Of a stretch of DNA of 64,000 nucleotides, positions 57,884-64,000 are shown in pieces. The position numbers and the translations under genes are program-made. The stretch is from Promethearchaeota archaeon (GTDB taxonomy: Archaea > Asgardarchaeota > Lokiarchaeia > Sigyniarchaeales > SOKP01), in assembly GCA_016840165.1 (NCBI GenBank), contig JAEOSU010000029.1, positions 1-64,000 of the forward strand. Reading direction: 5' to 3'. The notes beneath the pieces were generated by a model, which was not told the origin of the DNA, did not search any database, and saw only the letters and a list, made by a program, of their open reading frames with translations. Within the stretch, counting starts at the first letter, position 1. Every line of letters begins with the position of its first letter.

Positions 57884-59152
57884 ATGTATGATATTATTGT
57901 AATCGGTGCGGGTATTTCTGGAACTTCTTTTGCTTATAAAAGTTCTAAATTTGCAAATACACTGCTCATTGAGGCACAAGACTATAATACCCAAATTCCT
58001 GAACGAACAAATATTTATGCTGAGCATAATAAACCATTTATCGAAGAGTTGTTTTGGAATGATCGTGAAATATTTCCCCGCGATTTTATTCAGCTTAATT
58101 ATAAAAGCGAACAAAATGATGGTCTTCTACATTCAAAAGAATTTGGAGCTCCTTTAGGTAAAATTTGTCATACTGAAATCTTTTTGAAAAAGTTAATCAA
58201 TCGCTTTAAAGATAATGATGGAGAGACTAAATTTAATGAAACAGTTTCTAAAATTAACCATCATCAAGATTTTATTGAGCTAATTACAAACAAAGGGGAA
58301 ACTATCAAAGCTAAAACACTTATACTTGCGACAGGTTCCCGTGGATTTGAACTGCAAAAATCTTTTGGGTTTGAAACACCTGATTCTTTTAAGGGAATAT
58401 ATTTGAATACCTTTGCTGATGAGGATCTTCTCGATCAAAACTTCACTTTTCAGTATATGTTTCATTTAAATCCAAATATAAGTATGAATGGGCCTTTCTT
58501 CTTCAATATTGGAAAAGGAAGACTTTCTGCTGGTTTTCTTGGTAATTTAGAGTCTCCCAGTCAATTAAAAGATAAGCTCCAAAGAATATTACAGAATTAT
58601 AATAAAATTCAAGATTTTATTAAAGGAATTACCTGGGATTTAAACCAGGTTGTTGTAGGTGACATTTCAAAACATCCAATTAAGAACATGTCAAAGGACA
58701 GAGTGCTGGTATTAGGAGAAGCTGCAGGCTTAGTTACTTCATTTTTCTACGAAGGAATGTTATGTGGTTTAGCAAGTGCCGATATCGCTTCAAAAGTAAT
58801 CCAATCGCTCCTAAATAATGGTAGTAATTTTTCTAAGGCAGAGTTAAACAACTACGATCGCGAAGTCTCAAAATTACTCTTAGAAAAATATTTTAGAAAT
58901 GGGAATGCATGTGAATACCTTTTTTATAAGACCAATGCGAGCACCAGTAAGACCATTTGGGACGCATACACCGATATGTTATTAAAAAATAAAACAGTGA
59001 GACAGTTCGTATATGATGTTCTTTTAATTCAAGATTTCACGCAATATAATACGGATAACGATCGATGGGTCGGAGAGAAATTGTTTGGCAACTTACCAAT
59101 TATTTCTAAAGCTACACTATGGCCTCGCTTTCTCAAGGCAATGAGTTTTTAG
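57884..59152 (+). CDS. Geranylgeranyl-reductase-like FAD oxidoreductase
   Basis: MYDIIVIGAGISG, ILATG, LGEAAGLVTSFFYEG; ATG at 57884. Confidence 0.8.
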   Translation: MYDIIVIGAGISGTSFAYKSSKFANTLLIEAQDYNTQIPERTNIYAEHNKPFIEELFWNDREIFPRDFIQLNYKSEQNDGLLHSKEFGAPLGKICHTEIFLKKLINRFKDNDGETKFNETVSKINHHQDFIELITNKGETIKAKTLILATGSRGFELQKSFGFETPDSFKGIYLNTFADEDLLDQNFTFQYMFHLNPNISMNGPFFFNIGKGRLSAGFLGNLESPSQLKDKLQRILQNYNKIQDFIKGITWDLNQVVVGDISKHPIKNMSKDRVLVLGEAAGLVTSFFYEGMLCGLASADIASKVIQSLLNNGSNFSKAELNNYDREVSKLLLEKYFRNGNACEYLFYKTNASTSKTIWDAYTDMLLKNKTVRQFVYDVLLIQDFTQYNTDNDRWVGEKLFGNLPIISKATLWPRFLKAMSF

Positions 59153-59321
59153 ATTTAAAAATATTTTCTTTTGATCATTTTCTTCTTTGTTAAATAATTA
59201 GATCCACATTATTTGTGTGCAAAAAATTGTGCAATTATATTTTTTGGTAAAAAAATAATGTTATGATGTAACAAAACAATTAAAAAAAAAATTGATTTTT
59301 AAACGAAAAACTTCTCCAGAT

Positions 59322-59333
59322 TTGTATATACAA
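59322..59333. promoter_or_regulatory. Perfect palindrome TTGTATATACAA upstream of the uDENN/7TM operon
   Basis: 12-bp palindrome 8 bp before a TATATAA box-like element at 59341. Confidence 0.45.
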
Positions 59334-59427
59334 CCAGAGCTATATAATAAATATCTAATAACAGGAAAAAAACATTATTTTTAGCTCTTAAAGTAAAAAT
59401 TAAAATCAAAAAGTAGGTTTATTATTT

Positions 59428-59922
59428 ATGGCTTCAGAATATGCAATCCTCGCAAAACTGGGCGGGTTCGTTGGAAGTAATCCTGAAATCGTAAGTTCCT
59501 ATCCTCCTTACACTGCTGTAGGGAACGAAACAGAAATACTGAACTCATGTTTTCCACTTGGTGCAAAAGCAGGAAAGTTTTTTGAAGATAGATTTCGTAA
59601 GTATATAGCGTTATCCTATGTTTTTAAAGTGCGAAAAAGCGCAGAAAGAGATGATCTTTTTTCATTTTCCGTCCTTTTACATAAACGTGACAAGGTGGAA
59701 ATATACAAGAAAGTATTAACTGAACTAATAAACATTTTAGAAAGCAATGGACGATTATCTGAGAGTGTGCTTACACAATATCATCAAAAAATTTATGAGG
59801 GTATAAATTCAGAGTCAGATATTTTAATTGAGGATCTACTAATTGATTTTTCGAGAATTTTTAAAGAAGTTAAAGCAAAAGTTCTTAAACAAAAACCACA
59901 ATTAAAAGGGAGTTTTTTCTAA
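59428..59922 (+). CDS. Stand-alone uDENN/longin-like protein
   Basis: PEIVSSYP...ILNSCFPLG matches the uDENN P-x-I-x-x-x-(F/Y)P...CFPxG pattern. Confidence 0.7.
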   Translation: MASEYAILAKLGGFVGSNPEIVSSYPPYTAVGNETEILNSCFPLGAKAGKFFEDRFRKYIALSYVFKVRKSAERDDLFSFSVLLHKRDKVEIYKKVLTELINILESNGRLSESVLTQYHQKIYEGINSESDILIEDLLIDFSRIFKEVKAKVLKQKPQLKGSFF

Positions 59923-60566
59923 TGGCAGAAGACATATTATTGACAAATTTACAATTCAGTGGATATATTTTAAGTGCTATTATAATACCTTTGGCAACAA
60001 TAATTCTAGGTAGAAAATTATTTAAAGAAAAAGCTATAACAGGATCTTTCAATCACGTTAAGCTAATTACCTTCAGCATTTTTGCTTGTTTCTCAATTAT
60101 GAGTGTGTTAGAGTTGATAGTTGAAATGAGTTGGTTTCCCCTACTCAGCGAAATCTTTGGCTTTAATATTAATAGCGTCAATCTTTATTCAATATTAATT
60201 GGTACCATGGTATCATTAGGTCTTACCTTGGTTTTCTATGCAAATCGATGGGAAATGTTCTATTATACTGCACTTTTTTTTTTTGGTGGAATGGTAATCT
60301 TCTATTATTTTACTGGATTTGATGCTTGGCTTGAAAGTTATATACACTTCGCAGGTCTCTGTAGTTTAGTTTTTATGTATATCACTAGTTTTCGTATTAA
60401 AGATAACGGAGCACTGGGATTGGCAATCTTTTATACACTAGTATTTAGTGTATTAATATGGGGTATGCCCTATTTTACTCAAATTATAATTCTTTCATAT
60501 AATGCATTCCTTCTTATGTTTTCATTTGGACTCTTCAAACCTTTTAAACAGGAGGTAGCAGAGTAA
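59922..60566 (+). CDS. Seven-TM membrane protein A
   Basis: Seven hydrophobic segments; TAATG overlap with the upstream gene. Confidence 0.8.
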   Translation: MAEDILLTNLQFSGYILSAIIIPLATIILGRKLFKEKAITGSFNHVKLITFSIFACFSIMSVLELIVEMSWFPLLSEIFGFNINSVNLYSILIGTMVSLGLTLVFYANRWEMFYYTALFFFGGMVIFYYFTGFDAWLESYIHFAGLCSLVFMYITSFRIKDNGALGLAIFYTLVFSVLIWGMPYFTQIIILSYNAFLLMFSFGLFKPFKQEVAE

Positions 60567-60567
60567 A

Positions 60568-61218
60568 ATGTCAAATTTAGCATATTCTATATGTGAAATA
60601 ATAATTATCATATTTTGTGTCTTGACTCTTTTCCCAATTATTCAATCTTGGCGAGACACTAAGAATAGGATGTATATAGCTGTTTTTACTTTGACACTTG
60701 GAATTATTGGTTATTCGATAGCTAATTTACTAACATATTTATTTGAAATTGACACTACTGCATACTTGATTGGAGGACTTCGATTTGGCTATATCCTTGG
60801 ATATATGCTGGCTACAATTCAGTTCGAATTTATGCTTTACCTAAGGCGACTCATTAAATTATATACTCTACCATTTATAATTGCATTTTATTTGATGTTA
60901 GGAAATATTTTAGTGATTAATAGTATTCCTTTCATTATATACCTAGCATTTATTACTTTTGTCCCAGCTTATATCCTTTTAAGAGATGGAAAAAGAAAAC
61001 ATAATGGATTAGCGTTCGGTATGGGAATGCTTTTTCTGCTATGGGGTATTGGACAAATGTTTCCAATAACCATTGTGATTGCACTATTTCGAACTGTAGC
61101 TGTTTTCTCTTTCTTCTTAGGTACGCGTGGATTTTACGAAAAATACATCTTCCCACGGCAAGAAGAAGAAGAAAAAATCATGGGAACATGGATCTCTAAG
61201 TTAGTAGTTAAAGATTAA
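60568..61218 (+). CDS. Seven-TM membrane protein B with charged cytoplasmic tail
   Basis: Seven hydrophobic segments; 1-nt gap after gene A; GGAGG SD inside the end of gene A. Confidence 0.8.
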   Translation: MSNLAYSICEIIIIIFCVLTLFPIIQSWRDTKNRMYIAVFTLTLGIIGYSIANLLTYLFEIDTTAYLIGGLRFGYILGYMLATIQFEFMLYLRRLIKLYTLPFIIAFYLMLGNILVINSIPFIIYLAFITFVPAYILLRDGKRKHNGLAFGMGMLFLLWGIGQMFPITIVIALFRTVAVFSFFLGTRGFYEKYIFPRQEEEEKIMGTWISKLVVKD

Positions 61219-61398
61219 TCTTATTTTTTCTTATCTCTATTTTTATTTATTATTTTGTTAAATCATCTACTTCTTTTGTGTGCTAAATTAATAATTTGTG
61301 GCAACAGAACAAAAAATGGATAAAAAAGATTATTTTTATAATCCAAATTATACCTTATTTTTAAGATTATAAAATTACGTTTTGAAAAATTATAAATC

Positions 61399-62295
61399 AT
61401 GGCAGTTAAGAGTTTATTACGAAGGATTTTTACCAAAGAAAAGAAGATTGTAATCTGTGGTCTAGATTCAGCAGGCAAAACAACTATGGTATCATTCCTT
61501 CAGAATGGAACCTTCATGGAACACACTCCAACCATGGGAAAAGAGATGACTACCATGGAAATTCAAGGCATAAGGATTAATATTATGGATATGGGAGGGC
61601 AAAAAGATTTCAGAGAGTTATGGACTGGCGAAGCCAATCATGCAGAATGTGTGATATTCATGATCGATGCCTATGCTCGGAAGAGATTTAATGAAGCTCG
61701 AGATGAATTATGGAAATTATCAAATGTTTTAAAAAAAAAACCGTTAGTCGTTCTAGCAAATAAGTATGACCTCCATCCTGTTGCTCAGATTAGTGAGATA
61801 ATTGATGTATTAGAACTTAAAAGATTACCTTCATTCGAAGTTCTACCTATATCATGTAAAACAGGTTATGGGATAGTAAGAGCATTCATGAAAATCTACT
61901 ATAAATTAACTGGAAAGCAACTAACAAGACGCTTAAGTGTTAAAGGAGTGACAGTTTTCGACAAAGCCGGTATTCCACTTACCTCATCCTCAAATCAAGA
62001 TATTTTACAAGGAGGATTATTTACCGCTATCAGCAGTTTTGTACAGGAATCCTTTAATTCAGAACTCAACCAACTAAAGATTGGTAATCATATCATTGTC
62101 TTCAAACGTTCTAAAAACTTATTAGGGTCATTAGTGCTTAGTGATTCAGATAATATTGATCCCCAAGAAGCAGAAGATGGTTTAAGCGAACTTCTTTGTC
62201 ATTTAGAAAATATGTGTCCCGAATTGGGAAGTGATCAATTAGAACCTCAGAAGATAGAATACTTACTCGACCAATATGCTTCAAACTTATTGTAA
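61399..62295 (+). CDS. Arf/Sar-like small GTPase fused to a C-terminal longin-like domain
   Basis: Amphipathic SLLRRIF N-terminus, GLDSAGKTT, PTMG, DMGGQ, NKYD, SCKTG; VFDKAGIPL...LQGGLFTAISSF. Confidence 0.92.
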   Translation: MAVKSLLRRIFTKEKKIVICGLDSAGKTTMVSFLQNGTFMEHTPTMGKEMTTMEIQGIRINIMDMGGQKDFRELWTGEANHAECVIFMIDAYARKRFNEARDELWKLSNVLKKKPLVVLANKYDLHPVAQISEIIDVLELKRLPSFEVLPISCKTGYGIVRAFMKIYYKLTGKQLTRRLSVKGVTVFDKAGIPLTSSSNQDILQGGLFTAISSFVQESFNSELNQLKIGNHIIVFKRSKNLLGSLVLSDSDNIDPQEAEDGLSELLCHLENMCPELGSDQLEPQKIEYLLDQYASNLL

Positions 62296-62343
62296 TACTA
62301 CTTTTTCTATTATTATTTCAATTTAAATTTCCAAAACTAGTTT

Positions 62344-63999
62344 TTAAAATAAAGAGTTTAATTTATTATCAAAGCTTTTGGAAATATTTTCCTTCATATT
62401 TTCTATACTATCTTTAAATTCACTAATATGCCTATTTAACTCTTGTTCTAACCTTGAATCTAAAGATGTTGATTTTTCTAAGCTCTCAACTGCGGAAAAA
62501 TATTCATTTTTTTCTAAATAGCAATGTCCCAAGAAGAGCCATGCCATAGCGTGGTCAGGTTCGATTTCCGTTACCTTCTTATAGATATCAATCGCTTTAT
62601 TAAGTTGGTTCTTCAACTTATAGGCATTTGCCATATTAAAGAAAGCCTCGGTATAGATAGGCTCAATTTCAATTGCTTTTTCATATGATTCAATAGCTTC
62701 ATCATATTCTTTTTTCTTAGTATAGACCAAACCCATGTGATTCCATGATTTTACATGGTTTTTAGTAAGATCTAAAGCTTTCTTAAATGAAGCTATGGCT
62801 TCATCATATTGCGCTTTATGAGAATTTGCTATTCCGATATAAAAGTAAGCATTGATATGAGTACTGTCGAGCTCAAGCGCTTTTTCACAGTCTCCAATCG
62901 CATGATCGAAATTATTAGTTTCAATTTCCTTTTTCGCTTTATTTATCAATTGGTTTTTATAATTAGTCTTAATGGGTACTTTATCCTTATACTCTGAGCT
63001 CTCGATTAAATCGTTTACCCGTATTGCTTTCTCGAAAAATTCGAAGCTATCTAAATAATTTCGACTATCTGCTAACTGATTTGCTTGTTCTACAATGAGT
63101 TTGATTTCAGAATAGTGAACTTCATCAATAGCTAACTTAATTTTATTCATCTCTTCAAAACGGCGTTGTTCATCAACAATAGTTTTAGCATATTCCATTT
63201 TTTTATCTAGCTTCTCTAATTCTTTTTCAAATTTTTTCTGTTCTTCGACTAGATCTCCTCTCCCAACTAAATCTTTTAATTCTGCTTGATAAATTAAACT
63301 CTTTATCTTGGCTATTTCCTCTTCCATTATTTCATTTAAGTACATCTTATTGGTAATATCCATAGCTTTTGTAAAGATTTCCAACGCTTCATTATAATTT
63401 TTTTGAGTAAGAAATGCTTTTCCTTCGACTAAGATTTCATTTATTTGAGATGAAAAAGCTTTATTAACAGAATCCTTTAATTTGTTTAATTCTTCATTTT
63501 CCTCTTCCCTAATAGGGATTTTCTTTGCAATACTAATCGCAGCATATAATTCATTTACAGCTCCTTCATAGTCTTTTTGCGCCAGTTTCCTTAGAGAATT
63601 GTCTCTTAATAAATCAATTCTGGTTAAACACACTTTTTTAATTAAATTTGAAATATTACTTACTTGGGTTTCTTTCTCCTTAGATTCAGCCATGTTTTCT
63701 GCGATATCTAAAGCTTCAGTAAAATCTCTAATTGCTTGATTCACTATGGTAAGATCTTGTGCATAATATTCTCTGCCAGTTAATTCCTTACCTTTTTCTA
63801 TCAAAGGCTCGATTCGAGACAAATAAACTGGATTTAATGCATCAGCAGAGACACTATTGATGTTTCGCATTACTTTCTCTTTTTGTTCTGATTCAAACAT
63901 TTTCCTAGCAACCTCAAGAGCACTTTCAAACTCTTTTACGGCCTCTTTGAAATTATTTTGTGAATAGAGTGATTTACCTTTTTCTAAGAGTGGTTCAAT
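62344..63999 (-). CDS. TPR-repeat protein (5' end outside window)
   Basis: Canonical C-terminal TPRs (AYFYIG, SWNHMG, AFFNMA, AWLFLG); frame is open to the window end. Confidence 0.92.
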   Translation of the reverse strand: MEPLLEKGKSLYSQNNFKEAVKEFESALEVARKMFESEQKEKVMRNINSVSADALNPVYLSRIEPLIEKGKELTGREYYAQDLTIVNQAIRDFTEALDIAENMAESKEKETQVSNISNLIKKVCLTRIDLLRDNSLRKLAQKDYEGAVNELYAAISIAKKIPIREEENEELNKLKDSVNKAFSSQINEILVEGKAFLTQKNYNEALEIFTKAMDITNKMYLNEIMEEEIAKIKSLIYQAELKDLVGRGDLVEEQKKFEKELEKLDKKMEYAKTIVDEQRRFEEMNKIKLAIDEVHYSEIKLIVEQANQLADSRNYLDSFEFFEKAIRVNDLIESSEYKDKVPIKTNYKNQLINKAKKEIETNNFDHAIGDCEKALELDSTHINAYFYIGIANSHKAQYDEAIASFKKALDLTKNHVKSWNHMGLVYTKKKEYDEAIESYEKAIEIEPIYTEAFFNMANAYKLKNQLNKAIDIYKKVTEIEPDHAMAWLFLGHCYLEKNEYFSAVESLEKSTSLDSRLEQELNRHISEFKDSIENMKENISKSFDNKLNSLF

Positions 64000-64000
64000 C

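Noticed and set aside
44046-59152. Eukaryote-like GTPase prenylation pathway (UbiA + ICMT + GGR-like genes)
   Set aside because: The genes are scattered, the families are common in prokaryotes, UbiA is not a protein prenyltransferase, and none of the GTPases ends in a CaaX/CC motif.
59922-61218. Rhodopsin or true GPCR assignment for the 7-TM proteins
   Set aside because: No helix-7 Lys and no DRY/NPxxY motifs; helix count alone does not establish homology.
1919-62997. Numerous short ORFs antisense to or nested in longer genes (e.g. 3088..3324, 6620..7048, 32051..32431, 47381..47755, 54041..54439)
   Set aside because: Shadow frames of well-supported genes, with no motifs of their own.
1-64000. 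tRNA, rRNA, integrase or transposase
   Set aside because: No cloverleaf, rRNA-like GC-rich tract or recombinase motifs were seen by eye; a tRNAscan/Infernal run would be definitive.

Overview
AT-rich archaeal chromosome segment, very likely Asgard archaea (Lokiarchaeia-type). This is inferred from the density of eukaryote-signature domains: three small GTPases (two Rab-like, one Arf-like), about seven longin/roadblock/uDENN-like domains, a V4R-like protein, PH-like domains, a SET domain, many zinc ribbons and a giant surface glycoprotein. About 60 CDS are supported, two truncated by the window edges, plus three gene fragments. No rRNA, tRNA, CRISPR array, integrase or transposase was seen. 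There are two strong candidates for undescribed systems. (1) 59428-62295: a tightly coupled operon of a stand-alone uDENN/longin protein with a possible GAP arginine finger and two paralogous 7-TM proteins, followed by an Arf-like GTPase-longin fusion. (2) 10895-14216: a six-gene operon of a Cys-rich OsmC-zinc ribbon protein, a coiled coil, a longin-roadblock protein, a Rab-like GTPase, a duplicated roadblock and a V4R/MetOD1-like protein. A third GTPase locus (19.5-24.9 kb) has a roadblock-GTPase-pseudoGTPase fusion converging on an NPRL2-like longin/winged-helix protein. Also notable are a glycyl-radical enzyme with variant catalytic motifs, a Lys/Gly-rich 60-aa microprotein, a strand-specific hairpin in the cold-shock gene leader, and possible CTG/ATT/ATA start codons. 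All domain calls are by-eye motif recognition; no database searches were run.
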